DNA of 64,000 nt from an uncultured Pseudobdellovibrionaceae bacterium. GTDB lineage: Bacteria; Bdellovibrionota; Bdellovibrionia; Bdellovibrionales; UBA1609. A model generated the notes under the pieces. The model searched no databases and was not told where the DNA came from. It saw only the letters and a program-made list of their open reading frames with translations. Each line of letters opens with the position of its first letter. Within the stretch, counting starts at the first letter, position 1. Below, piece by piece: positions 10,577-20,520 of the stretch. The stretch is taken from NCBI GenBank assembly GCA_963803705.1, contig CAWDNU010000001.1:512001-576000 (forward strand), in the 5' to 3' direction. The translations under genes and the position numbers were made by a program.

Positions 10577-11513
10577 TTCAACACCTCTTTAAAAAGATCA
10601 TCTAATGGGCTTTTGATATTGAGCTTTCCTATGTCAGCAACATGAGCGTATCTTGCTGTGGTTCTTACACAAGCATGTCCGAGTAAAACTTGGATGTGTT
10701 TTAAATTAACTCCTCGCTCAAGCAGATGAGTTGCAAACGAGTGTCTTAATAAATGAGGGTTAACTTTTTTTAACACCGGCAAGCTCTGCTGCACGCTTAA
10801 CCATATAACCAACTGCGGTGTGAGAAAGTTTTTTAGCTTTTCTTCCAGAGTGACTGTTCTTTGTTGGTGTGAATAAAAATTCAGATTTAAAATCATTTCC
10901 TATTCTATGTATTTTCCAATAAGTGCGAAGCGCTTTTAAAGTCACTGGAGATAAAAGAGCCTGTCTTGATTTTTGACCTTTAGCATTTCTGATTTGCATC
11001 ACCATACGGTCACTATCAATGTCTTTAACCTCTAAGTTTCTAAGCTCACTTTGTCTAAGGCCAGCAGAATATAAAGTTAAAATTACTGCCCTCCATAAAG
11101 CTGAGTGAACAACATCAACCATTCTTGCCACTTCACTTTCACTTAAAACAATAGGTATGTTTTTAGAGGTTTTTACTCATGGAAGTAGATGCCCAAACTC
11201 ATGCCGACCTAAAACATTCATATAAAAAAACTTAATTCCAGACAAATGTCTATTTACAGTGTTTGGTGCGTGTTCTTTTTCTTTTAACATGACTCTTTGA
11301 AATTTCTTAATTTCAGGCAAGCCTAAATCTTCAGGGCTTTGTCCAGAAAAAAAAATCTAGAAACTTATGAACAGACCCTAAATACCCTTTTAAAGTTGCT
11401 GCTGTTAACCCTCTGGACTCAATTTCTTCAATCAATTGATCGATGTAAATCTGTCTTTGAGAAGATGTAAATTTTTGTAGTTTATGACTCCTATTCTTAT
11501 CTTTTGTACTCAC
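10573..11513 (-). pseudogene. Tyrosine recombinase/integrase, disrupted
   Basis: Fragments give a SAM-like N-terminus, YSAGLRQSE, KGQKSR and [21 protein letters not shown]. Frameshift at A9 11347-11355, in-frame TGA at 11177-11179, frameshift at T7 10765-10771. Confidence 0.88.
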
Positions 11514-11775
11514 GCGGTACTCCTTAGTTTTATCAACGGAATTGCTGATAAAAAGTACTCGGGTACAAAAGACTTTTGTTTTAAAATACTGATTTCTTAA
11601 CTAGACAACAGTCCAATGTAGTCTGTTTTTAAAACTCAAGGACTCTTAGTTTGGGGCCTTGCCGAAGGCAGTTAGTCCATTGGCCATTTTGCCGCTACAC
11701 CTGTACAACATAGTAGTCACTAGCTCTTCAGATTTATAAATTCAATTTTGGCTTCTATCTTTTATATTTATAAAT

Positions 11776-12642
11776 TTAATTTAAGTGTTTGTTGAAAAAT
11801 TTAATAACTAATTTTCTTTGAAAAAGACCATACCAAGCCACAGTGCTAGTGTGGCTAAGCTTACTTTTATAGATGGGTTTTGTATTAAAAAAAGCCTGAA
11901 CCATTTTTTGATTTTCATAAGGGACAAGTTGATCATTTTGAGAGGCGATGTTACCAATATTAATATTTTTTCCCAAATTTATCTGTTGTTTTGTAGGTTC
12001 AAGATCAAATGCATCACTTAGCTCTTTGATATACTGTTCATCATTTTTTAAATTATAAGCTTTGTATCTTTTAGCTTTCAGATCTTTCATAGCTTGCTGT
12101 GAGGATTTAACAATAAGGTCTGGAATAGGTAAGCCACCAACAATTATAAACCCAGCGCTCATTTTGCCGTTTGTAGTTAGTGCAATAGATGTATGAAGTG
12201 CACCTACGCTTGTACCTAAAATCCCAAAGATGTTGGTAGAAGCTTTGGTAATCACTTTATTTAAAGCTTTTTGTGCTGACCCATAAAATTTATTATGAAG
12301 ATTATATAAGTAACCTTTAATTTCATAACCAGTCCATTTTTGTAAGATAAAAACTTCAAAACCTTCAACGGCTAAACTTCTAGCATAAAGACGGTCTACA
12401 ATATTTTCTCCACCTGTGGGGGGAAATATAAATATGGTGGCTTTTATTTTTTTAGCTGATTTAGGTTGAACATGACGATATTTCACAAATTCGTTGTGTT
12501 CGGTGATTTCATGGCTAGAGTTTTTAGTTAACAAAAAAGGCAGCGTAAAGTTCACCGTAAAATAGTCGATAATAAAAGCAGTAAACACAAACCCTATTAA
12601 ACCAAAGAAAAGTAATTTTAAAGATATCATATTAAGTTCCAT
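11776..12642 (-). CDS. Membrane-anchored alpha/beta-hydrolase-fold protein
   Basis: N-terminal TM; GTSVG nucleophile elbow; later D (NDQLV) and H (LSH). Start uncertain. Confidence 0.6.
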   Translation of the reverse strand: MELNMISLKLLFFGLIGFVFTAFIIDYFTVNFTLPFLLTKNSSHEITEHNEFVKYRHVQPKSAKKIKATIFIFPPTGGENIVDRLYARSLAVEGFEVFILQKWTGYEIKGYLYNLHNKFYGSAQKALNKVITKASTNIFGILGTSVGALHTSIALTTNGKMSAGFIIVGGLPIPDLIVKSSQQAMKDLKAKRYKAYNLKNDEQYIKELSDAFDLEPTKQQINLGKNINIGNIASQNDQLVPYENQKMVQAFFNTKPIYKSKLSHTSTVAWYGLFQRKLVIKFFNKHLN

Positions 12643-12824
12643 TCTCAGTTGTTTGATTTTTAAAAGATCCATACATTGTCGCTTTGCCATCTACGTAATA
12701 CAATAAAGTCTTAACTGGAGTGACGGCTAAGTGCGTTAGCTGTATCTTAAATTAATGTTTTTAAGCAAGTACAATACAACTTTAAAAGAACTAACTCTTT
12801 TGGGTTTAAAACTTAGGATTTTTC

Positions 12825-13643
12825 ATGACTCAAAAAAAAACACAAACAGCATTAGTGACTGGGGCTTCTAGTGGAATCGGTTACGAGCTTTCAATACTCT
12901 TAGCTGAAAATAATTTTAATTTAGTTATAGTTGCACGCTCTAAGGATAAATTAGATAGCTTAAAAAAAGAAATCAAACGTAAACATAAGGTGAATGTTTT
13001 TCCTGTGGGAATGGATTTAGCGCTGCCAGATAGTTCCAAAGAGCTTTTGCATATTTTAAATGGTGAATCTATTCAAATCACTCATTTAATCAACAATGCA
13101 GGGGTAGGTGATCTATGTGCATTTGAAACTTCTGATTGGAAAAAACTAGATCAAATGATCAGTTTAAATATGCGCACCTTAACTCAATTGACCTATTTGT
13201 TTTTACCACAACTTAAAAAATCAAAAAGTGCGTGTGTATTAAATGTATCTTCAATAGCGGCATTTCTGCCAGGCCCTAATATGGCCGTCTACTATGCATC
13301 TAAAGCTTATGTTCAATCTTTCTCAGAGGCTTTGGCTGAAGAGCTAGCAGAACATGACATTGATGTTATCGCCTTGTGTCCTGGGCCTACGCAATCTGGC
13401 TTTCAAGAGGCCGCATCTATTTCATCTTCAAACCCTTTATTTAAGGGTGTGCCATCTTCAAAAGAGGTTGCAAAGTATGCTATTAAGTTAATTAATAAGG
13501 GATCAAGAGTTGGTGTTCATGGTTTTAAAAATAAAGTTATGGTTTTTTCTTTAAGGTTTTTACCACGCAGAGCAATTACAAAATTAATGAGTAAATTACA
13601 GTCTTCAAGAAAAAAACAGTTAAGTTTTGAGATAGGCGGTTAA
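12825..13643 (+). CDS. Short-chain dehydrogenase/reductase
   Basis: TGASSGIG, NNAG and YYASK motifs. Confidence 0.93.
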   Translation: MTQKKTQTALVTGASSGIGYELSILLAENNFNLVIVARSKDKLDSLKKEIKRKHKVNVFPVGMDLALPDSSKELLHILNGESIQITHLINNAGVGDLCAFETSDWKKLDQMISLNMRTLTQLTYLFLPQLKKSKSACVLNVSSIAAFLPGPNMAVYYASKAYVQSFSEALAEELAEHDIDVIALCPGPTQSGFQEAASISSSNPLFKGVPSSKEVAKYAIKLINKGSRVGVHGFKNKVMVFSLRFLPRRAITKLMSKLQSSRKKQLSFEIGG

Positions 13644-13644
13644 G

Positions 13645-14520
13645 ATGGTTTCTGAAATATTTAATCCTGAAATGTGGGATACGGTTAGCGGATTTGAATT
13701 TACAGATATTACCTATCATAAAGCAAAAAATCAGGGCACGGTTCGTGTTGCGTTTAATAGGCCAGAAGTTAGAAATGCATTTAGACCCCAAACTGTTGAC
13801 GAGCTCTATACAGCCTTAGATCACGCACGCCAAACTGCGAATGTTGGCACAGTGATTTTAACCGGTAATGGTCCTTCGCCAAAAGATGCTGGCTGGGCTT
13901 TTTGCTCTGGCGGGGACCAAAGAGTCCGCGGACAATCGGGATATCAGTATGACCCCCTGTCAAAAGCAGGAAGGTTGCACATACTTGAAGTTCAAAGACT
14001 AATTCGCTTTATGCCTAAAGTGGTTGTTTGCGTCGTTCCTGGCTGGGCTGTTGGGGGTGGACACTCATTACATGTTGTCTGTGACTTAACGCTTGCCAGT
14101 CTAGAGCATGCAGTTTTCAAACAAACTGATGCGGATGTGGCCAGTTTTGACGGCGGCTACGGATCTGCTTACTTGGCCAAAATGGTGGGACAAAAAAAAG
14201 CTCGTGAAATTTTTTTCTTGGGCAAAAGTTACTCGGCTCATGAGGCTCTAGAGATGGGAATGGTTAATGCTATTTTCAATCATAAAGATCTAGAATCTGA
14301 GGCTCTTGGCTGGTGTCAGCAAATCAACTCTAAAAGCCCTACTGCTATTCGTATGCTCAAATATGCATTTAACTTGGCTGATGATGGTATGGTAGGGCAG
14401 CAGCTTTTTGCAGGAGAAGCCACTAGACTAGCTTATGGTACAGCCGAAGCAAAAGAAGGTCGAGACGCCTTCTTAGAAAAAAGAGATCAAGACTACTCTG
14501 AATTTCCATATCATTATTAA
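13645..14520 (+). CDS. menB: 1,4-dihydroxy-2-naphthoyl-CoA synthase
   Basis: RPEVRNAFRP, AFCSGGDQ, GGGHSLHVVCDL and VASFDGGYG motifs. Confidence 0.96.
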   Translation: MVSEIFNPEMWDTVSGFEFTDITYHKAKNQGTVRVAFNRPEVRNAFRPQTVDELYTALDHARQTANVGTVILTGNGPSPKDAGWAFCSGGDQRVRGQSGYQYDPLSKAGRLHILEVQRLIRFMPKVVVCVVPGWAVGGGHSLHVVCDLTLASLEHAVFKQTDADVASFDGGYGSAYLAKMVGQKKAREIFFLGKSYSAHEALEMGMVNAIFNHKDLESEALGWCQQINSKSPTAIRMLKYAFNLADDGMVGQQLFAGEATRLAYGTAEAKEGRDAFLEKRDQDYSEFPYHY

Positions 14521-14827
14521 CAAAAGAAAAGCTCCAGCAAGGCGAGCTAGACAGATCAAGAAAAGCGCCACTACATGTAAAGCTACACAGGAGAGAAAAT
14601 GTCGACAATATGGTGCTAAACTAGTTAGTAGGGATTGCCACAACGCAGTTAACCCAACTACAACTTAAGAATTAGTTTTCCTTAGAGCTCCTTTTATCTA
14701 AGACTAAATCAAAACGAATTATGTGAGCGGGTTGAAGCCCACCACGAAATACAGAGCTTTATCCTCCTTAGGTTCAGTTTTATAAACATAGGTTGAGTCC
14801 GCATTGATTCGTATTTAATATATCAAA

Positions 14828-15955
14828 ATGAACACTCGCTCGAATTGTGCCGTTATTTGCAAGATCCCATTAACTCTGTTCACAGTTTTAGTACTTAGCG
14901 GTTTTGCCCCAAAACCTCCTAGCGATGTAAAGATGACCAACTATGGCAATGGTTCAACCGTCCAGCTAGGCCAATCAGCATCCTTCAATGATGTGCTTAA
15001 AGTGCTAACCTTTGGCGGCGCCAGAGATAAGTTTGATTGCCAATTAGATGATGAAAGCACCGATGATGAGTGCGAAGTGTGCAACTGCTTCCACGAGGGC
15101 CGAGGTGAGTCAGCTCAAGGCAGAATAAATATCAGTAAAGTTGTTTACACTAGAGTACTTGAACGAAGTTATCCCAACACTGTTTGTGGAGTAATAACCA
15201 GAAAAGGTCATTTTTCGTGGTTCAATGCAGGGGAGCCCCAGAAGTTTAGAGTACTAAATGTTGGGATGCCCTCTGTTAGAAACTGTATCAAAACAACTGC
15301 AGACTCACAAAAATACAGAGGCACTTGGTTTGCCACACATTACCATACGACTAGTGTTAGACCTTGGTGGTTAAGAAGGAAAAATGGAAGTGCTAACTGC
15401 CGGGGTGGAGAGGTATTAGGAAATCACATTTTCTATCCTGGGTGTGACAGTATCTATCCCCCAGGTCCTAGAGCCACGCCATCTAATTCACCCGCAAGAG
15501 GAACCTCGTGGTTAATAGACTTCTTTGGCGTTAAATCTGCCAGTGCAAATACCAACCCATTAGAAAAATTTTTAAAGAAAAACAAATCTTATAAGCTAAA
15601 ATCAGATTTCTCTAATAATGTTAAAAAACTTATGGGGGATAAAAGAAATCCTGCAATTCGAACTGGGGATTTCAACGGCGACGGAATAGAAGATACCGTG
15701 GCCCTGTTAATTAAAGATAAAAAACATTTAATGACTTTTTTTGTATCACACCAAAAAGGCTTTAAGGCTCTACACATAAGGGCTTATAACGGTAATATGG
15801 TCTATCTAACGTCAATTCCTAAGTCGGATGTTAAGTCGGGCTTGCCTGGTAAAATATCTACAGACCTTGTCCAGTTAGAAACCTATATGGGTCCTACATC
15901 GGCCTATTTCATTTACAAGAATAGAGTTGTCCAGTTTAAGGGAGAACTAAACTGA
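14828..15955 (+). CDS. Secreted SleB/Hydrolase_2-like cell-wall hydrolase with an extra C-terminal domain
   Basis: FHEGRGES..G...V..R...YPNTVCGVI...FSW; ATHYH..VRPWW; GNHIFY; C-terminal GDFNGDGIED. Confidence 0.8.
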   Translation: MNTRSNCAVICKIPLTLFTVLVLSGFAPKPPSDVKMTNYGNGSTVQLGQSASFNDVLKVLTFGGARDKFDCQLDDESTDDECEVCNCFHEGRGESAQGRINISKVVYTRVLERSYPNTVCGVITRKGHFSWFNAGEPQKFRVLNVGMPSVRNCIKTTADSQKYRGTWFATHYHTTSVRPWWLRRKNGSANCRGGEVLGNHIFYPGCDSIYPPGPRATPSNSPARGTSWLIDFFGVKSASANTNPLEKFLKKNKSYKLKSDFSNNVKKLMGDKRNPAIRTGDFNGDGIEDTVALLIKDKKHLMTFFVSHQKGFKALHIRAYNGNMVYLTSIPKSDVKSGLPGKISTDLVQLETYMGPTSAYFIYKNRVVQFKGELN

Positions 15956-15971
15956 ATCGAACCGAGTACAA

Positions 15972-16448
15972 CTAAGTGCCGCCACGTCTTTTTAAAGACA
16001 AAGTTAATTCAAACGTCATAACAGGTTCATCCATATTCGAAGTTTCAAAAGCTTGACCACGAATAAGTTTTTCTTCTCGCTGACCACTTTTCATAGCCTT
16101 TTCAATTAAGTTTTCAACGTCTTGGGTTTGTTCGCAAATAAAGTGCACGTCACCTTGCGCACGTTTAAGGAAGTTTGCTTTGAAATCTTTAAACAAAAAA
16201 TTGACAGGTTTCTTTTTCAAGAAAACAAGTTCGACAGCTTTTAGTGCGCAGGTAAGCTCGGCACCCACTGTTAAAGCTCCAAAATACATGGCACCAAGGT
16301 GGTTTTTTGTTCTGCGGTTTAATTTTATCTTTATTACAGCTCTTTTTTGGCTTAGCTCTAAAACTTTAGGTTTCATAAAAGCTATAATTGGAATTTTAAA
16401 AAAAGTTAATAAGTAAATTAAAAAACTTAATTTTGTTTCAGACTTCAT
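15972..16448 (-). CDS. Hot-dog fold thioesterase-like protein (DUF4442/PaaI-like)
   Basis: RTKNHLGAMYFGAL..GAE and FLKRAQGDVHF motifs. Confidence 0.75.
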   Translation of the reverse strand: MKSETKLSFLIYLLTFFKIPIIAFMKPKVLELSQKRAVIKIKLNRRTKNHLGAMYFGALTVGAELTCALKAVELVFLKKKPVNFLFKDFKANFLKRAQGDVHFICEQTQDVENLIEKAMKSGQREEKLIRGQAFETSNMDEPVMTFELTLSLKRRGGT

Positions 16449-16535
16449 ATTTAGATCTCCAAAAATACGTCACAAGGATTATCCCAGATTTAAATCTGCT
16501 CAATGAATCGCGATATTTCTTATTCAAGCTAAACC

Positions 16536-17909
16536 TTAAGTTGCTTCTGCTTGTGCGTGATCTTGCAAATACGTTTTCTCTTTGTAAAAACTTGCTGCAA
16601 TCACATAGCAAACACCCGCGACTAGAACCAAAGCTGTGAAAAACCAGTAGTAACTGGCACCTGCAAGTTTTACGGTTCCATCAGCGTTCTGAATAAAACT
16701 ATTCACACTAGCAGTAATTACATTACCAAAAGATATAGAAAGCATGAATATAGCCATAACAAGTGATTTCATACTGTTGGGGGCCTGAGTGTAAGACAGC
16801 TCCAGGGCCGTTATAGATATTAAAACTTCGGCAGCTGTTAGAATAAGATAGGCTAGAAGTTGCCACATCATAGAGGGCGTCTGTCCTGACTGGATCCATT
16901 GCTCGGTAAAAGCTACAATTGAAAAAGCAATAGCAGTTATGAAAAAACCTACCCCAATCTTTCTTAGCGGGGTTACTTTGGTAAATTTTTCTGCAAATGG
17001 ATATACACCAAAAGTAAATAAAGGAATAAATAGCATTACGATCACCGGATTTATAGCTTGCAGCTGAGATGATAAGAGTTCGAAAGAAATAAAACCTAGA
17101 TTTACGTTTCTATTCAAATTTTCAGCCTGCAAAACCCATGAAGAGCCAGTCTGGTCATAAAGAGCCCAGAAGAAAGCTATGAAAAAATAAATAACTATTA
17201 GTCTTCCCAAAGCTTTTAAGCCCTGTGGTCCAAAAAGGTCTTTCTTATAATTTGCCCATCCTGTAGCGGGCATCGCCACAAATTCATGTCTACCTACGTA
17301 AAATATTATTGTAGCAATGAACATCAGTAGACCTGGAATTCCAAATGCTACAGCTGGCCCGTAAGCTTTCAGCATCCAAGGCGTTGCTAGAGTAGAAAAA
17401 AACGACCCAAAATTAATTGCGAAATAGAAGTAATTAAAAACTTTGTCTAAAAGTGTCTTTTTGCTAGCATCAAATTGGTCTCCTACATGAGCAGATACAC
17501 AGGGTTTAATTCCCCCGGAACCCACAGCAATTAAACCTAAGCCCAAAGCCAGCCAGATCTTTGGCTCTATAAGTTCGGCTGTAAAGGGCACGTCCATCAG
17601 TGCCAAACTTAAATGTCCCAAACAGTAAACTATAGATAAGCCAATTATAGTTTTGTATTTTCCTAAAAATATATCGGCTAGCAGGGCTCCAAAAATTGGA
17701 AAAAAATAAACAGCTGAAACAAAGGTGTGATACCAGGTTGCGGCCTGTTCTTTGGAAAGAGTGGCATCTTGTCCAAAACTATTTAATAGATATTGAGTCA
17801 TAAAAACCATTAGTATGGCCTTCATCCCATAAAAACTAAATCTTTCCGCAGCTTCATTTCCGACAATATAAAACACGCCTCTAGGCATTTTTTGAGATTC
17901 CATATTCAT
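16536..17909 (-). CDS. POT/PTR2 family di-/tripeptide transporter
   Basis: EAAERFSFYG (ExxERF), GGIKPCVSAHVGDQF and YFAINFG motifs. Confidence 0.93.
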   Translation of the reverse strand: MNMESQKMPRGVFYIVGNEAAERFSFYGMKAILMVFMTQYLLNSFGQDATLSKEQAATWYHTFVSAVYFFPIFGALLADIFLGKYKTIIGLSIVYCLGHLSLALMDVPFTAELIEPKIWLALGLGLIAVGSGGIKPCVSAHVGDQFDASKKTLLDKVFNYFYFAINFGSFFSTLATPWMLKAYGPAVAFGIPGLLMFIATIIFYVGRHEFVAMPATGWANYKKDLFGPQGLKALGRLIVIYFFIAFFWALYDQTGSSWVLQAENLNRNVNLGFISFELLSSQLQAINPVIVMLFIPLFTFGVYPFAEKFTKVTPLRKIGVGFFITAIAFSIVAFTEQWIQSGQTPSMMWQLLAYLILTAAEVLISITALELSYTQAPNSMKSLVMAIFMLSISFGNVITASVNSFIQNADGTVKLAGASYYWFFTALVLVAGVCYVIAASFYKEKTYLQDHAQAEAT

Positions 17910-17999
17910 TCAAAGTGTCCTTTTTAAAATTATATAAATAAGAAATGATGTATGTTTAAAATAAGTTTTATCGTAAACCTTTAAGTAGCCAAATAAAAT

Positions 18000-18848
18000 T
18001 TAAAAAGCCAATTTTAAACAAAATACCGAGCCACCGGATTTGATAAATTCGGAGGTATCAACTTTTTCGATTTTAAATTTAAAATCAATTAGCTTTGATA
18101 TAGAATCTCTATTTTGCTGATCAATTATAATGGTTTCACCATCAGGACAAAAAAGGTTACAGGCCAAACCATTCTTGGCTTCATCCAAAGGAATTTCAAT
18201 TCTAGTTTTGAAGTGCTTTTCTAATAAAGACAAGGATTCTGGATCAAAAGCCTCTTTTACTAATGCACAGGTTGTATCATTTAAGATCGCTAAACACGTG
18301 TCTAAGTGGTAAAAGTAAGGGCTGATTAGTTTCAAAGAAATTACATTTTTTTTAGTTATTGCTTGCAACTCTAAACCCACATCCTTATGGGTTCTAAAGC
18401 CGTGTCCTACAAACAAGGTGTTTTGATCAAATGACCACAGAGCATCACCCATGCCTTCGAAAGGGCCCACATTTAACTGGTAGGTTTTGTAGCCTCTTTC
18501 ATGAGCCCAATTTTTAAAATAAAGAACTTCACCTGCTCTTTCTGCGGTGGCCATATGGCTTAAAATAAAACTTTGCTCAAAGCCGTGGCCCGGATCAAAA
18601 AAGGGTAAAAGCTGGTTAGCCGTAAAAACCATATCAGGGTGAGTCTCCGACGGAGGGATTTGCAATACATTTAGACCCAAATCTAGATATATTTGCTGCA
18701 AGGCATTCCACTGTTCTTGGGCCAGTTTTTCGTTAATAGGTTTTAACCTGCCATCGACATCGCGCATAAAAGGATTGATCTCATAGTCTATTTTAAAAAA
18801 CTTTGGAGACACCATTAAAATATTTTTAATCTTATTTTGACTGACCAT
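18000..18848 (-). CDS. Amidinotransferase/DDAH-family pentein (arginine dihydrolase-like)
   Basis: YEINPFM, PDMVFTAN, FEGMGD, FYHLDTC and KSGGSVFC motifs. Start at ATG 18848 inferred. Confidence 0.85.
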   Translation of the reverse strand: MVSQNKIKNILMVSPKFFKIDYEINPFMRDVDGRLKPINEKLAQEQWNALQQIYLDLGLNVLQIPPSETHPDMVFTANQLLPFFDPGHGFEQSFILSHMATAERAGEVLYFKNWAHERGYKTYQLNVGPFEGMGDALWSFDQNTLFVGHGFRTHKDVGLELQAITKKNVISLKLISPYFYHLDTCLAILNDTTCALVKEAFDPESLSLLEKHFKTRIEIPLDEAKNGLACNLFCPDGETIIIDQQNRDSISKLIDFKFKIEKVDTSEFIKSGGSVFCLKLAF

Positions 18849-18952
18849 ATTTGTACTTTGACAGTCTGTTTGACCAAAGTCTAGCATAGACACTAAGCCG
18901 TTAAATTCCCGACAGAATAATAAGTTTCGCAATTTAACTGGCATAGGGGGAA

Positions 18953-20284
18953 ATGATGAATTTTTTAAAAGGGCTTGTTCTATATTTATTATTTACTACA
19001 AGTATAGTATTTGCTCAAAGCACTACTAGTACAGGTGGTTCCAAAAGATCAAAACTTAAATTTCAAGAACAGATGATTCTGCACAATTTAGAAGTGTTAC
19101 AGTCCGCTGATCAATTTAGCTCTGTAAGTCCGTCAGGTTTATTTGTAAAACGACCAGTAGCTGAGTATGAAAAAACTGGCTATTTAATGTTTTACGACTT
19201 AGGAAATTTTAACTCTTCAGATGTTAAAGCCAAGTTAGTTGAAAATTTACCTGCTGGTGTTACGGCCGTTATCTACACCGACCAGTCAGATGATACAGAA
19301 CTAGAAGGTTTGTATACTTACTATAGCCGTTTAGCGCCAGATCCTTCCCAAGTCACAATAATTACTATTCCTAATCCTTTGCAGATGGCAGTCTTCGAAA
19401 ATGAGTTTGGTTTGCCTTTTATTGAACCTATACTACCCAATGGTTTTTGGAGTCGTGACGCAATTCCAGTGCCTGTGTTGCAAATGACTAATCTTAGCCC
19501 GCTTCAAGCCTTATCTGACAAGTTCACGGTAGTCGACGCTAGATACTACCATTACTATGAACCTGACCAACTGATAGCAGACTATTATTCTTCAGCTTTA
19601 CTGTCTCACAATTACTATTTTGAGGGCGGTAATTTTATGGTTAGCGCAAAAGGTGATTGCTTAGTTATTAATACTGAAGAAGTTGATATTATTCCTAACT
19701 CTATTTTTAGAAAGAGCTATGGATGTAGTAATCTAATAAGGCTTCCTTATTTAAAAGGAATCGGTCACGCTGATGAAAGTGTTAAGTTTGTATCGGATAA
19801 TCATGTGCTGACTGATGATAATCGCTACAGAAAGATTTTGGAAAACAAAGGGTTCAAAGTCACCATGCTGCCAAGGCCTAAAAGAGATTTAGAGACTTAC
19901 GTAAACTCCCTGATCATCAATGGCACGGTTTGGGTGCCCGTTTACCAACAAGATAAATCAGATCAAGAAGCTATCGATGTTTATAAAAAACTAGGTTTTC
20001 AAGTTGTTCCAGTAGATAGCTCGCTGCTTTCAAATGTCGGTGCAGGGTCAGTTCATTGCATCACAATGACTTACCCAGATACAGTCACGTTCAATGATTT
20101 GATGGCGCATTTTGATAGTAGACGAATTGTGGATTCATCGTCATCATCACCTGGGGTTCAGACGAAAGTGAGAGCCCTTGAACTTGAAAGAAGCAGTAAT
20201 ATTGAGAATCTGAAAGATCCAGGATTAAATGATTTTTTAGATAGTCTTTATCAGGTTCCGGAATCGCGTAACTTTAATTTATAA
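18953..20284 (+). CDS. Secreted agmatine/peptidylarginine deiminase family protein
   Basis: Signal peptide; WSRD, EGGNF, GHAD, YVNS and GSVHCIT (catalytic Cys). Confidence 0.82.
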   Translation: MMNFLKGLVLYLLFTTSIVFAQSTTSTGGSKRSKLKFQEQMILHNLEVLQSADQFSSVSPSGLFVKRPVAEYEKTGYLMFYDLGNFNSSDVKAKLVENLPAGVTAVIYTDQSDDTELEGLYTYYSRLAPDPSQVTIITIPNPLQMAVFENEFGLPFIEPILPNGFWSRDAIPVPVLQMTNLSPLQALSDKFTVVDARYYHYYEPDQLIADYYSSALLSHNYYFEGGNFMVSAKGDCLVINTEEVDIIPNSIFRKSYGCSNLIRLPYLKGIGHADESVKFVSDNHVLTDDNRYRKILENKGFKVTMLPRPKRDLETYVNSLIINGTVWVPVYQQDKSDQEAIDVYKKLGFQVVPVDSSLLSNVGAGSVHCITMTYPDTVTFNDLMAHFDSRRIVDSSSSSPGVQTKVRALELERSSNIENLKDPGLNDFLDSLYQVPESRNFNL

Positions 20285-20423
20285 CCTAAGGGGCCTGTTG
20301 AGAAAGCATCATCCTCGTTGTTGCCTTCGCTTAAATCTCATTCGACGTAGATAAACTACGACTCATTCGATTTTAAGCTTGGACGCCTAGAATCTAATAC
20401 TTTTTCAACAGGCCCCTTAGGTT
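20283..20423. mobile_element. MITE-like palindromic repeat, copy 1
   Basis: 19-bp perfect inverted repeat at 20283-20301 and 20405-20423. The 125-bp core is shared with 29985-30109. Confidence 0.85.
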
Positions 20424-20520
20424 TTGATATTTTTACCGTAAAAAATTTGAAATACGTTTTGCGTAATTGAGGTAAAGGCTAAGGTTGAGTTTACTGTGGA
20501 TTATGCTATCAATTTAGATA

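Larger units (their letters stand above)
9155..11681 (-). mobile_element. IS91-family element carrying a tyrosine recombinase plus Y2 transposase
   Basis: Integrase and transposase are coupled by an ATGA overlap. Hairpin plus GTT(T)ARTCMA motifs occur in inverted orientation at 9155-9178 and 11660-11680. Exact ends are inferred. Confidence 0.7.
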
